A stretch of DNA of 64,000 bases, taken from a virus. The DNA is taken from IMG/VR virus record IMGVR_UViG_3300027969_000082, positions 9,132 to 73,131 of that record; one strand, 5' to 3'. Numbering within the stretch: position 1 is the first letter of the stretch; each line of letters opens with the position of its first letter. Of this stretch, positions 1 through 10,456 are shown piece by piece. A program made the position numbers and the translations under genes. The notes under the pieces were generated by a model that saw only the letters and a list, made by a program, of their open reading frames with translations, was not told where the DNA came from and made no database searches.

Positions 1-2213
1 TATCTGTTCCGAATGATTCGGTCGAGTTTAATAATAACCTAACGGTCAACGGTACTACTAGCTTAACAAATACTGTTATTGGAACTGGAGGATTAACTCC
101 TGCACCAAAGACTCTTAACCTCACAGGGGATTATCTTCAAACTGGTAGCACACTACAAACTGGTAATAGAGGCATATCGTCTAGATTAGATGTACACAGC
201 AATGCATACTTCGATAGTATGTCGTTTGTTAATAATGTTATAACAACGACTGACACCAACACTGATCTTTCATTAAAAGCAGCAGGTACAGGACTAGTTG
301 TATTTGATGAGAATACTACATTTAGTCAAGGCTTATCAGCCGCTACCTTAGTTATTAACGGACTAACTAACTCCGGAATTACCACAGCAGGAATATTGTT
401 TGATAATGATATACAAATCAGCACAAATAATATCAAAACTACTGTTGGCAATAACAATCTTAGATTATTAGCAGCCGGAACTGGCGTCATATCTGTGCCA
501 AATGATGCAGTTGAATTTAACAACAACCTAACTGTTAACGGCTCTACTAGTTTAAAAAATACTGTGATTGGCATTGGGGGCCTAACCCCTGTACCAAAGA
601 ATCTTAATTTAACTGGCAATTATCTACAAACAGGTAATACACTGCAAACTGGTAACAGATCAATCTCAGCCCAGCTATTAGTTCGTAGCAATGCATACTT
701 TGACAGTATGTCGTTTGTTACAAATACAATTACTACAACTGATACCAATACTGATTTGTCATTAAAAGCGGCTGGTACAGGCCTAGTTGTATTTGACGAA
801 GTTACTACATTTAGTCAGAGTCTAACCTCAAATACATTAGTTACTAACGGATTAACTAATTCTGGAACTATTACTTCGGACATATTTACAGACGGTGATA
901 TAGAAATCAACGACAACTATATTACTACAACTGTGGGCAATAACGATCTTAGACTAGTCCCTAACGGTACCGGCAAACTATCTATACCATTAGATCCTGT
1001 AGCAATTACCCAAGCGTTAACTGTACAAGACACTTCTATCTTAAAAAATGTTACAATTAATGGAGACGTAGTTCATACAGGTAACACTGTTCAAACAGGC
1101 AACGTAGTCCAAACTGGAGATTTTGATCTATCAACCAATCTAACAGTTACAGGCACTGACGCATTCTTTACAGATGTGCGCATTATCAATAATCGCATAG
1201 CAACCTCAACAGGAAGCAATAACTTAGAGTTACGTGCTGACGGCACTGCTATTATTAAAATTGCAGACAGTGCTACTTTTGGGCAGACATTAACAGTTAA
1301 TGGTATAACTACTACATCTACAATTAGTACCGTTACAGGTACAATTACTTCAGATATATTTTCAGATAGTGATATAGAAATTAATGACAATTATATCACT
1401 ACCACTGTTGGTAATAACAATTTAATCTTAGCAGGTAATACTACCGGTGGCCCTAAGTTAGAAAAAATTAAATTTAACTCAAACGTTATCAGTACAGAAA
1501 CTACCAATGAGGGAATTACCTTAACAGTACCAACAGGTGGCGTTACTATATCAGCAGCCACTGCCTTAAAAATTCCAGTTGGTACAACAGTAAATCGTCC
1601 AATATTAACTCAAGGCGAGTTTAGATTTAACTCAACTGACAATTTATTTAGAGGTTACAGCACTTCTACAGTTAGCTTTGCAGGAGTATATTCTGCAGAC
1701 AGAAGAACATCAGTATTGGCACATCCAACAAATAATACACTATTGTTTACTACTAATACCTTAAACAATATGACAGTTAGTTCAACTGGCTTAACTGTTA
1801 ATTCATTAACAGTTGATAATAACTTAACATTTGCAACTAATATAATTTCTACTGCTGTTACTAATGACAGTTTATATCTAACTCCTAACGGTACCGGTAA
1901 AGTAGTAATAGATGATGTTTCTTTACGTAACAATGAAATTATCAACTCTGCTAGTGCGGCACTGGTCATACAAAACACTGGCAACGGTTATGTAAGATTT
2001 AACGGAACTGGTGGACTTGCACTACCAGTTGGCCCCACAGTAGTTGATACTACAGGAGTAGAACTAGGTGACCTTCGCTACAATACAGATCTAAGTATCC
2101 CAGAAATCTTTAACGGAGTTGACTATGTTGGCTTTGTTTCAGAAAACGCCGCCCTCCTTAGCGCAGCTGAAGTCCAAGAGATTACCAATCTTTGGGCCCT
2201 TGTAATCGGTTAA
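1..2213 (+). CDS. Giant tail-fibre/virion structural protein, C-terminal part (5' truncated by window edge)
   Basis: Frame is open from base 3 (SVPNDSVEFNNNLTVNG...) through the ORF-track Met at 219. T/N/G-rich fibre repeats (IxxNxITTTxxNxxLxLxxxGTG) and C-terminal LKIPVGTTxNRP...GEFRFNS motifs are shared with the 2592-aa protein. Confidence 0.75.
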   Translation, partial: SVPNDSVEFNNNLTVNGTTSLTNTVIGTGGLTPAPKTLNLTGDYLQTGSTLQTGNRGISSRLDVHSNAYFDSMSFVNNVITTTDTNTDLSLKAAGTGLVVFDENTTFSQGLSAATLVINGLTNSGITTAGILFDNDIQISTNNIKTTVGNNNLRLLAAGTGVISVPNDAVEFNNNLTVNGSTSLKNTVIGIGGLTPVPKNLNLTGNYLQTGNTLQTGNRSISAQLLVRSNAYFDSMSFVTNTITTTDTNTDLSLKAAGTGLVVFDEVTTFSQSLTSNTLVTNGLTNSGTITSDIFTDGDIEINDNYITTTVGNNDLRLVPNGTGKLSIPLDPVAITQALTVQDTSILKNVTINGDVVHTGNTVQTGNVVQTGDFDLSTNLTVTGTDAFFTDVRIINNRIATSTGSNNLELRADGTAIIKIADSATFGQTLTVNGITTTSTISTVTGTITSDIFSDSDIEINDNYITTTVGNNNLILAGNTTGGPKLEKIKFNSNVISTETTNEGITLTVPTGGVTISAATALKIPVGTTVNRPILTQGEFRFNSTDNLFRGYSTSTVSFAGVYSADRRTSVLAHPTNNTLLFTTNTLNNMTVSSTGLTVNSLTVDNNLTFATNIISTAVTNDSLYLTPNGTGKVVIDDVSLRNNEIINSASAALVIQNTGNGYVRFNGTGGLALPVGPTVVDTTGVELGDLRYNTDLSIPEIFNGVDYVGFVSENAALLSAAEVQEITNLWALVIG
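3..980 (+). repeat. Intragenic tandem repeat, ~489-nt (163-aa) unit
   Basis: SVPND(S/A)VEFNNNLTVNG...GGLTP...SNAYFDSMSFV starts at base 3 and again at 492. Confidence 0.8.
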
Positions 2214-2225
2214 AACCCAAACGAG

Positions 2226-2232
2226 CTAAATA
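2226..2232 (+). promoter_or_regulatory. T4-type late promoter-like element (CTAAATA)
   Basis: TAAATA core ~100 nt upstream of the 2333 ATG; the same core recurs before many structural genes. Confidence 0.55.
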
Positions 2233-2240
2233 CAATTACT

Positions 2241-2320
2241 GTAAGAGTTGGCAAACTCCTACGATATTAAACTGTGGTAAACCCGCAATGCAAGGTGGTT
2301 AACCGTGAAACACGGGGTCT
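2241..2320 (+). ncRNA. Candidate structured cis-regulatory leader RNA
   Basis: GC-enriched leader with three possible hairpins (GTAAGAGTT-GGCA-AACTCCTAC; TGTGG-TAAAC-CCGCA; CCGTG-AAA-CACGG), followed directly by the AAGGAG SD. Confidence 0.4.
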
Positions 2321-2332
2321 AAAGGAGCACTC

Positions 2333-5300
2333 ATGAGCCAGCTTGGTCGTATTTCCGGTCAACTTTTAAAAGATAACCTAACCCGCAACGGCCATGACTT
2401 AACGTTTGACAAGATTGTGGATCCTGATCCACTTGTAGCTAAAGAAGGACTGCTCCACTTAGACGTTACTAACCGTAGAGTTGGTATTAACACTGAAACC
2501 CCAGCTTACGATCTAGACGTAAACGGTACAACAAGAACAACCGATTTAGAAGTTTCACAGCAGGCAGTCATTGCTAACGTAACAATTTCTACTGATCAAA
2601 TTACCAGTGACACCGGTACATTAAATCTAACCAACGGCACTGGCGACCAAATTAATTATCAAGCTAAGTTAGTAGTTGATAACATTGAACTTGAAAATAA
2701 TGTTATCTCAACTAACACAGGCGCAAATTTAGAACTACGCCCTAACGGTACAGGCTCCGTAGATATCTATGCAGATACAAATGTATATGGTGATGTCTAT
2801 GTAACAGGCAATATACGTGCTGACGGTAATATTACAGTTGGTGATGCTAATACCGATAATATTACGATCAATGCAGATGTTGCAAGTGACATTATTCCAG
2901 ATGCAGATATTACATACAAATTAGGAAATGGCGGCACTGCATATAAAGAAGGCGTAGAATTTACGCTAGGTGACGTTACCGTTACAGTTAGCAGCTCCGG
3001 TACAGTTGCTACTTTATCAATTCCAGCAGCTGGACCAGCTTGGGTAGATACGTTGACAGGTAATGTTATTGGAAAATCTTATCAGCTAGCGATTGATGGT
3101 ACACCTGGAAGCTACTCAGTAAACACTGTCGGGGCATGGTCTGGAACAAATCCACAAACTGTATCAATTACCAATGATGGGTTATTAGACGGCACCTATA
3201 ATGTTAGCTCGATTAGATTTGATCAAAAGCGTTGGTTAGATGTATGGGTTAATAATTTATACGCTGATGCTATCGTAACTGGCGATATTACTGTTGATAG
3301 TATTAATCTAAATTCTGTACAAGGTAAGATTTACTACGTTGCTACTAACGGCTCAGACTCTAATGCTGGCCAACATCAAAACGATCCGTTTGCTTCAGTC
3401 AACCATGCCTTAAGTGTAGCAGCTAGCGAAGATACTGTTTACATTTATCCAGGAACATATACTGAACAATTTCCCCTAACTGTTCCGGTAGGAGTAAGTG
3501 TTAAAGGCTCAGGCCTCCGCTCAGTAAAGATTATTCCAACAAATGCAACTCGTTATAACGATGCATTTTTACTCAATGGCGAAACAACTGTTGAAGATGT
3601 AACTGTTGCAGATTTCTTTAGCGGCGGAAATTATTTTGCAGTTACTACAGCAGGCATTGGCGAAGCTTCATTAAATGTTGGTACTGCCCCATTTGCACAC
3701 ACATGGGTAAGTGGCGGAACTATCAATATATCTGGTACAGATTATAGTATTGTTGCCGCAGTCTACTCACACACTACTGGAATATTAACAGTAAACCACA
3801 CAGGGCCAGACGCAACCAGTGCAAGTCCTGTCTTCCTATCTGGACTAATATTCAGCTGCAATGGCGGCAATAGAACATTTCCAGACAACGGTTACGCATT
3901 CCGTTTTGCAACGGATTTTGTAGTTACAAGTCGCAGTCCGTATGTTAGAAATATCACTGTCTTAACCAAAGGTAGTGTAACTAGTTTATCAGATCCTCTA
4001 GGCTACAATGAAGGCGATGCAGGTAAAGGTGCTTATATTGACGGTGCGTATGCAACAGCCGTAAGCAAAGAAGCATCAATGTTGTTCCACAGTGCGACAT
4101 TCATATGTCCGGGTGTTGATATAGTTGTTGCTACAAACGGTGCTCGAGTAGAATGGTTAAACTCATTTACCTACTATGCAAATCGCAGCATGTATCTGTA
4201 CAGTAGTGCAGACGGATTTGCAGGTGACGGTAAAACACGAATTAAGATTACTACTAAGACAGGTACTTGGGCTGTCGGCAACACACTAAGCTATTATGAT
4301 ACTGACGGAACTACAGTATTAGCCCAAGGTGTTATTGAAAGTATTGATGGTGATTTTTACAATATTGATACTCGTGTATTAGGATTTGAACAAATACAAG
4401 ACCGTGCTGGTAAAACTATTACTGTACACGGTAATGCAAAGTTATCCACGGCAGTTAAGAAATTTGGCACTGCGAGTTTAGCCTTAGACGGCACTGGAGA
4501 TTATCTTTCAGTAGCAACACAACCAGACTTTGCCTTTCCATCAACTATACCAAGACTGGCTAAGACAATTACAGTCAACGGCAACGCCGCAGTCAGTGCA
4601 ACACAAAGCAAGTTTGGCGGAAGCAGTATTGCATTCGACGGCACAGGTGACTACCTAAGCATTGCTTCAGATACAGATTATGGATTTGGCACAGGCAATT
4701 TTACTATTGAAGGTTGGTTCTATAAAACAGCAGTATCTACACAATACTTGTTTGATACAAGAACAACCCTAAATGAAAACTCTGTTGCTGTTCAGTCTAA
4801 CGGTGCAGGAAGTTTAAGATTATTTGTAAATGGGTCATTTGTATTAACAAGTAGTAATGCTCATACTAACAATGCTTGGAATCATCTTGCTATCTGTCGT
4901 GCTAGCGGTGTAACAAGATTCTTTATAAATGGTGTGGTATCTACCGCTACCTACACTGACACAACCAACTACGGCACTACAAAGCCGTTAGTAGTCGGCT
5001 CTCAATACAATGGAACAACAGCATTTGCTGGTTATATCGATGACTTTAGAATAAGCAATACCGCAAGATACACTGCAACATTTACTCCCACTACCACTGC
5101 ATTTGTTAATGACTTTAATACTAAATTATTAATACACGGCGATTCAACTATTGTCGACGATGCAGGTGGTGGAACAGCAACTGACTTTACTATCGAAGGC
5201 TGGATTTATCCAACAGCTGGCAGCGCATATCAAACAATATTTGATTTTAGATCAGCTGGTATTGAAAAAGCAATTTTTCTAGGCATTAATACCAGCAATC

Positions 5301-8300
5301 AAGTTTACCTGTATGTGAACGGTGTTATAACTATTACTACCGCCGCAACTGTATCGTTATCTGCTTGGACCCATGTAGCCTTGGTTAGAAGTAACACTTT
5401 AACAAAGATATATTTAAATGGAACACAGTCAGGCTCTTCATGGGCAGACATAACTGACTACGGCACAACTAAACCATTACGTATAGGTGCTGACTGGAGT
5501 GCAGCATACGGATTTACTGGTTATATTGACGATGTAAAAGTTAGCAAGGGTGTAGCACGTTATACCGCAACATTCCCAGTACCAACGGCACAGCTAACAG
5601 GCGACCTAAGTACAGTATTATTGATCACTTGTAACGGCCTAAACAACAGTACAGCCATCGCAGACAATGGCATTACTCTACAAGATCTAAGAACATCAGC
5701 AGGCGGTACTGCCAGCATTATTGACTTTGCTGACTACTCAGACTTTGGCGTTGAATTACGCTCAATTGGTTCAGCTGCTGTTTACGGAAACTATGGTATC
5801 TATGGTGACGGTGCTGGTGTTATTGCCTACCTAATTGGACAAAACTTAGCCTACATCGGCAACGGTAAAGAGACTACTAACGATCCTAATACAGTTATAC
5901 AGGCTAATGAAGTTGTTGAACTTAATGATGCTAAGATTTTCTACAACAGCGTGGACCACAAAGGTGATTTCCGTATTGGAGATTTATTCTACGTTAATCA
6001 AGCCACAGGCGAAGTTAGCTTTACAAACTCAAATGTTACAATTGGCACAAGCCTAACGTTTGATGACGGTGGCGGCAACATTACTTACCTCGACGCTACG
6101 AAGATTGAAACTGGTGATTTTAGAATCAGCGGCAATACTGTTCAAACATTAAGTCAAGACTTTAATGTTGACTCTGCTACTAATCAAATTAACCTACAGA
6201 GTAACGTAACAGTTACTGGCAATTTAGATGTAACCGGCGACGTAACAGTTGGGGGCAATGTTACAATTGGTAACGAATCAACTGACGTTGTACGTTTTGT
6301 TGCAGGTGTTGACAGTGACATTTTACCCAAATTAGACAGCACATACGATCTAGGTACTAGTACAGAACGTTGGAGCACACTATATTCTACAACATTAATC
6401 AATGCTAAAGTTCAAATTAGTACCAATGTTATTACAACTACTGACTCTAATTTAGACTTAACTCTACAGGCTAATGGCACTGGAAGAATTTACATTCCTA
6501 GTAATAATATTGAGATTACTAATAATCTAACAGTAAATGGTACAACTGATGTACAAGATTTAAATGTCACAGGAACACTAACACACATTGGTGATGTAAC
6601 ACAAACTGGTAATGTAACACAAACTGGTGATATTACCTTAACAGGCACATTCACTACTACCGGTTACGGACAGTTTGCTGACATTAAAATTGATAATAAT
6701 AACATCAGTACAACTATTGGTACTCATGATCTTATACTTGACGCAGCAGGTACAGGCAAAATTTATGTTCCAGATAGCGATGTTGAAATAACACAAGACC
6801 TTACAGTAACCGGGTATATTGATGTCGGGTCGTTGAATGTAGATACTAGTATAAGCTCGTTAACATTAACTGCCGGCGACATTAAGATACAAAGCAATTA
6901 TATTACTACACTTACCGGTAATAATAATTTAGAATTACGGGCAAACGGTAGTGGATTAATTTATGTTCCATCAAACAACGTACAGATTGACAACAATCTA
7001 ACAGTACTAGGAACTACTAATTTAAAAACTACCAATATTGGTGTTGTAGGAACTCCTGCAACAGTTACTCATGTTGGTGCAGTAACGCAGACTGGTGATT
7101 TAACACAAACAGGTAGCACTGAAATTACAGGCACATTAACTGTAGGCTCTACTGCACAATTCCAAGACATTAAGATTGACACTAATATTATCACAACAAC
7201 TGTTGGTAATAATAATTTAGTATTGAGTGCTGCTGGCACTGGAAGAATCTATGTCCCTACTAATGATGTAACTATTGAAAACACATTGACTGTAGTAGGA
7301 ACCACAACTACTAGTACTATTAGTAACACCGGTACAGTAACTTCTGGCACATTTAATACTAGCAATGTTTCCATAACTAGCAACAACATAACAAGTAGAA
7401 CTGGTAATAGCAATCTTGTACTTGAAGCAGCTGGTACTGGTAAAATTTATGTACCGAGTAACGATGTACAATTAGATCAAAACTTAACTGTTAACGGAAC
7501 TACCTATCTAAAAGACACGACCGTTGTTGGCACAGTAACGCACACTGGTGCTGTAAATCAAACTGGCAATTTAACACAAACTGGTAGTACTGAAATCACA
7601 GGAACTCTAACAGTTGGTTCTACAGCACAGTTCCAAGATATTAAGATCGATACTAACACTATCACAACTACCGTTGGTAATAATAATTTAGTATTATCAG
7701 CCGCAGGTACTGGTAGAATTTATGTTCCTACAAACGATGTTACTATTGAAAACACATTAACCGTTGTAGGAACTACTACAACTAGTACAATTAGCAATAC
7801 TGGCACTGTTACATCAGGTACATTTAATACTAGTAATGTTTCTATAACCAGCAACAACATAACAAGTAGAACTGGCAATAGTAACCTTGTACTTGAAGCT
7901 GCTGGCACTGGTAAAATTTATGTACCAAGTAACGATGTACAATTAGATCAAAATTTAACAGTTAACGGCTCAACATATCTAAAAGATACAACCGTTGTCG
8001 GTACTGTTACGCAAACTGGCGCAGTTACACAAACTGGTAACTTAACTCAAACTGGTAGCACAGAAATAACTGGCACGCTAACAGTTGGATCTACAGCACA
8101 GTTCCAAGATATTAAGATTGATACTAATATTATCACAACTACCATTGGCAACAATAATTTAACATTAAAAGCCAACGGTACTGGTATAGTTATAATTCCG
8201 GACGATGATGTTAGCATAACACAAACGTTGACAGTTACCGGTACCACTAGTACCACAACTATTAACAATACTGGAACAATAACTTCCGATACGTTTAATA

Positions 8301-10111
8301 CTACTAATGTTTCTATAAATGCAAATAACATTACCAGCAGAACTGGTAACAGTAACCTTGTACTTGAAGCAGCAGGTAGCGGAAAGATTTATGTACCAAG
8401 TAACGATGTACAATTAGATCAAAACTTAACAGTTAACGGGACAACTTACCTAAAAGATACTACTATAGTAGGAACGGTGACACAAACCGGTGCAGTTACA
8501 CAAACCGGCAACTTAACACAGACGGGCAGTACAGAAATTACAGGAACATTAACTGTAGGATCAACAGCACAATTCCAAGATATTAAGATTGATACTAATA
8601 TTATTACTACAACAGTTGGTAATAATAATTTAGTATTAAAAGCCAATGGTTCTGGTATTGTTATAATACCGGATGACGATGTTAGTGTTAGTCAAACCCT
8701 AACAGTTACCGGTACTACAAGTACTACAACTATTAATAACACAGGTACAGTTACCTCTGGTGTTTTTAGTACTGGTAATATAAGAATTACCACAAACAAT
8801 ATTACCACTACAGTTGGCAATACTGATCTTGTACTGGAAGCCAGCGGTACTGGAAGAATTTATGTTCCTAGTAACGATGTTACTATAGGAAAAACACTAA
8901 CAGTTACGGGCCTAACAACCTTAGTAGACACTGGAATTACAGGTACATTAACTCACGTTGGTGCTACAACACAAACAGGTGATGTAACCCAAACTGGAAA
9001 TTACACTCTAAATGGAAACTTAACAGTTTCAAATATTGCACAGTTTAAAGATGTTAATATTACTAACAATGTAATTACTACTACATTAACTAACAGTAAT
9101 CTACAACTAGGCGCTGCTGGTACTGGAATTATTTCTGTACCAACTAACAATGTTACTATTGATAATAACTTAACAGTTACCGGTACTACATACACTGCCA
9201 ACATTAACAACAGTGGAACAGTGACAGCTGGAACATTTAGTACCGGCAATATAAGTATCAACGGCAATACTATCCAAACTACTGTGGGCAGTAGTAACTT
9301 GCAACTACAAGCTGCTGGTACTGGCTACATTGTTTTAGAGCAATTTGACGTACAAGAAAATGAAATAAGAATCAATACTGGTTCTGATATGGTACTAACA
9401 CCTAACGGTACAGGTATTGTTACCGTCAACTCTACACAAAGTATTAAATTACCGGTGGGGAATACAGCAGCTCGCCCAACTGGCGCAGCTGGTATGGTTC
9501 GCTTTAACAGTCAGCTAGCTCGTTATGAAGGATACGATGGCGCAAATTGGATTAGATTAGACGGGGTTGAAGATGCTGACGGCAATACTAAAATTACGGC
9601 AGAAGCTACACCTGGTGCTAATGACAATACAATTCGTTTTTATACTAACAGCACTCAGGTAGCAGACTTAACATCAACAAGATTAAACGTTATTAACGTT
9701 GATGTAGATGCAATAAACATCAATAACAATGTTATATCAACTACTACCACAGATACAAATCTAGTACTATCACCTAATGGTACTGGAACTGTGCGCACAG
9801 GTAATTTTTCAATTAGCGGAAGCACAATTACAAATACTGTAAATAACAGTATAACATATTTTAATCAAACTGGCAGTGGTTATGTTAAGATTAACAGCAC
9901 CGGTGGATTTGTAATCCCAACAGGATTGACCACTGAAAGACCTCCGTTATTTGATGTAGGTATGATGAGATACAATACTGACCCAGGTAATTTCCGTGTT
10001 GAAGTATGGGATGGCGCAAACTGGGTTAATGCAGGACAAGCAGCAGGTGGAGGAGTAACACTTGCAGAAGCACAAGACATTGGAATTGTCAGTGCAATTA
10101 TATTTGGATAA
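2333..10111 (+). CDS. Giant virion fibre protein (2592 aa): pectin-lyase-like beta-helix, two LamG/ConA-like domains, long fibre repeats
   Basis: AAGGAG SD. IYYVATNGSD...PFASVNHAL...IYPGTYTEQFP beta-helix start; FTIEGW...WNHLA...YIDDFRIS LamG motifs; 157-aa repeats. Confidence 0.8.
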   Translation: MSQLGRISGQLLKDNLTRNGHDLTFDKIVDPDPLVAKEGLLHLDVTNRRVGINTETPAYDLDVNGTTRTTDLEVSQQAVIANVTISTDQITSDTGTLNLTNGTGDQINYQAKLVVDNIELENNVISTNTGANLELRPNGTGSVDIYADTNVYGDVYVTGNIRADGNITVGDANTDNITINADVASDIIPDADITYKLGNGGTAYKEGVEFTLGDVTVTVSSSGTVATLSIPAAGPAWVDTLTGNVIGKSYQLAIDGTPGSYSVNTVGAWSGTNPQTVSITNDGLLDGTYNVSSIRFDQKRWLDVWVNNLYADAIVTGDITVDSINLNSVQGKIYYVATNGSDSNAGQHQNDPFASVNHALSVAASEDTVYIYPGTYTEQFPLTVPVGVSVKGSGLRSVKIIPTNATRYNDAFLLNGETTVEDVTVADFFSGGNYFAVTTAGIGEASLNVGTAPFAHTWVSGGTINISGTDYSIVAAVYSHTTGILTVNHTGPDATSASPVFLSGLIFSCNGGNRTFPDNGYAFRFATDFVVTSRSPYVRNITVLTKGSVTSLSDPLGYNEGDAGKGAYIDGAYATAVSKEASMLFHSATFICPGVDIVVATNGARVEWLNSFTYYANRSMYLYSSADGFAGDGKTRIKITTKTGTWAVGNTLSYYDTDGTTVLAQGVIESIDGDFYNIDTRVLGFEQIQDRAGKTITVHGNAKLSTAVKKFGTASLALDGTGDYLSVATQPDFAFPSTIPRLAKTITVNGNAAVSATQSKFGGSSIAFDGTGDYLSIASDTDYGFGTGNFTIEGWFYKTAVSTQYLFDTRTTLNENSVAVQSNGAGSLRLFVNGSFVLTSSNAHTNNAWNHLAICRASGVTRFFINGVVSTATYTDTTNYGTTKPLVVGSQYNGTTAFAGYIDDFRISNTARYTATFTPTTTAFVNDFNTKLLIHGDSTIVDDAGGGTATDFTIEGWIYPTAGSAYQTIFDFRSAGIEKAIFLGINTSNQVYLYVNGVITITTAATVSLSAWTHVALVRSNTLTKIYLNGTQSGSSWADITDYGTTKPLRIGADWSAAYGFTGYIDDVKVSKGVARYTATFPVPTAQLTGDLSTVLLITCNGLNNSTAIADNGITLQDLRTSAGGTASIIDFADYSDFGVELRSIGSAAVYGNYGIYGDGAGVIAYLIGQNLAYIGNGKETTNDPNTVIQANEVVELNDAKIFYNSVDHKGDFRIGDLFYVNQATGEVSFTNSNVTIGTSLTFDDGGGNITYLDATKIETGDFRISGNTVQTLSQDFNVDSATNQINLQSNVTVTGNLDVTGDVTVGGNVTIGNESTDVVRFVAGVDSDILPKLDSTYDLGTSTERWSTLYSTTLINAKVQISTNVITTTDSNLDLTLQANGTGRIYIPSNNIEITNNLTVNGTTDVQDLNVTGTLTHIGDVTQTGNVTQTGDITLTGTFTTTGYGQFADIKIDNNNISTTIGTHDLILDAAGTGKIYVPDSDVEITQDLTVTGYIDVGSLNVDTSISSLTLTAGDIKIQSNYITTLTGNNNLELRANGSGLIYVPSNNVQIDNNLTVLGTTNLKTTNIGVVGTPATVTHVGAVTQTGDLTQTGSTEITGTLTVGSTAQFQDIKIDTNIITTTVGNNNLVLSAAGTGRIYVPTNDVTIENTLTVVGTTTTSTISNTGTVTSGTFNTSNVSITSNNITSRTGNSNLVLEAAGTGKIYVPSNDVQLDQNLTVNGTTYLKDTTVVGTVTHTGAVNQTGNLTQTGSTEITGTLTVGSTAQFQDIKIDTNTITTTVGNNNLVLSAAGTGRIYVPTNDVTIENTLTVVGTTTTSTISNTGTVTSGTFNTSNVSITSNNITSRTGNSNLVLEAAGTGKIYVPSNDVQLDQNLTVNGSTYLKDTTVVGTVTQTGAVTQTGNLTQTGSTEITGTLTVGSTAQFQDIKIDTNIITTTIGNNNLTLKANGTGIVIIPDDDVSITQTLTVTGTTSTTTINNTGTITSDTFNTTNVSINANNITSRTGNSNLVLEAAGSGKIYVPSNDVQLDQNLTVNGTTYLKDTTIVGTVTQTGAVTQTGNLTQTGSTEITGTLTVGSTAQFQDIKIDTNIITTTVGNNNLVLKANGSGIVIIPDDDVSVSQTLTVTGTTSTTTINNTGTVTSGVFSTGNIRITTNNITTTVGNTDLVLEASGTGRIYVPSNDVTIGKTLTVTGLTTLVDTGITGTLTHVGATTQTGDVTQTGNYTLNGNLTVSNIAQFKDVNITNNVITTTLTNSNLQLGAAGTGIISVPTNNVTIDNNLTVTGTTYTANINNSGTVTAGTFSTGNISINGNTIQTTVGSSNLQLQAAGTGYIVLEQFDVQENEIRINTGSDMVLTPNGTGIVTVNSTQSIKLPVGNTAARPTGAAGMVRFNSQLARYEGYDGANWIRLDGVEDADGNTKITAEATPGANDNTIRFYTNSTQVADLTSTRLNVINVDVDAININNNVISTTTTDTNLVLSPNGTGTVRTGNFSISGSTITNTVNNSITYFNQTGSGYVKINSTGGFVIPTGLTTERPPLFDVGMMRYNTDPGNFRVEVWDGANWVNAGQAAGGGVTLAEAQDIGIVSAIIFG
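6590..9300 (+). repeat. Intragenic tandem repeat, 471-nt (157-aa) unit: four near-identical copies plus two degenerate copies
   Basis: Gly codon of TQTG(STEITGTLTVGSTAQFQDIKIDTN) at 7112, 7583, 8054 and 8525 (exact 471-nt spacing); degenerate copies at 6626 and 8996. Confidence 0.9.
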
Positions 10112-10116
10112 AGAAC

Positions 10117-10446
10117 ATGGCATCATTTTTTAGAAATAAAGTAGCTAAGGAAATAGGAATAACACCTGTAGAAGTATTAGCAACAGCACCAAATAGTCGA
10201 ATGACTGTTATTGGAATGAGCTTGGCAAATTTAACAGAAGGACTGGTACTTATAGATGTACAACTTACTGATGATGCCGAAGTTACTGGATACTATGCAA
10301 AGCAGTTATCAATACCTCCCAACTCTAGTCTTAGACTAGTTAACGGCGGTGAAAAATTAATTCTAGCAACTAGCAATAGTTTAACTATTAATTCAAATGT
10401 ACCAGCATCCATTGATGCTATTATCAGCTACGTTGAATTAATCTAA
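10117..10446 (+). CDS. Small virion structural protein (~110-aa beta-rich family)
   Basis: Lies between giant fibre genes; sequence pattern resembles the 29532 and 30860 proteins. Confidence 0.6.
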   Translation: MASFFRNKVAKEIGITPVEVLATAPNSRMTVIGMSLANLTEGLVLIDVQLTDDAEVTGYYAKQLSIPPNSSLRLVNGGEKLILATSNSLTINSNVPASIDAIISYVELI

Positions 10447-10456
10447 GGAGCACAAA

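Noticed and set aside
2241-2320. c-di-GMP-I riboswitch or tRNA (GGCAAAC and GAAA elements)
   Set aside because: GGCAAAC is present, but the downstream conserved elements and stem order do not fit, and there is no cloverleaf. Kept only as an unassigned structured leader.
7100-9000. CRISPR array or assembly artefact
   Set aside because: The repeats are 471-nt in-frame coding units with synonymous differences and no repeat-spacer structure.
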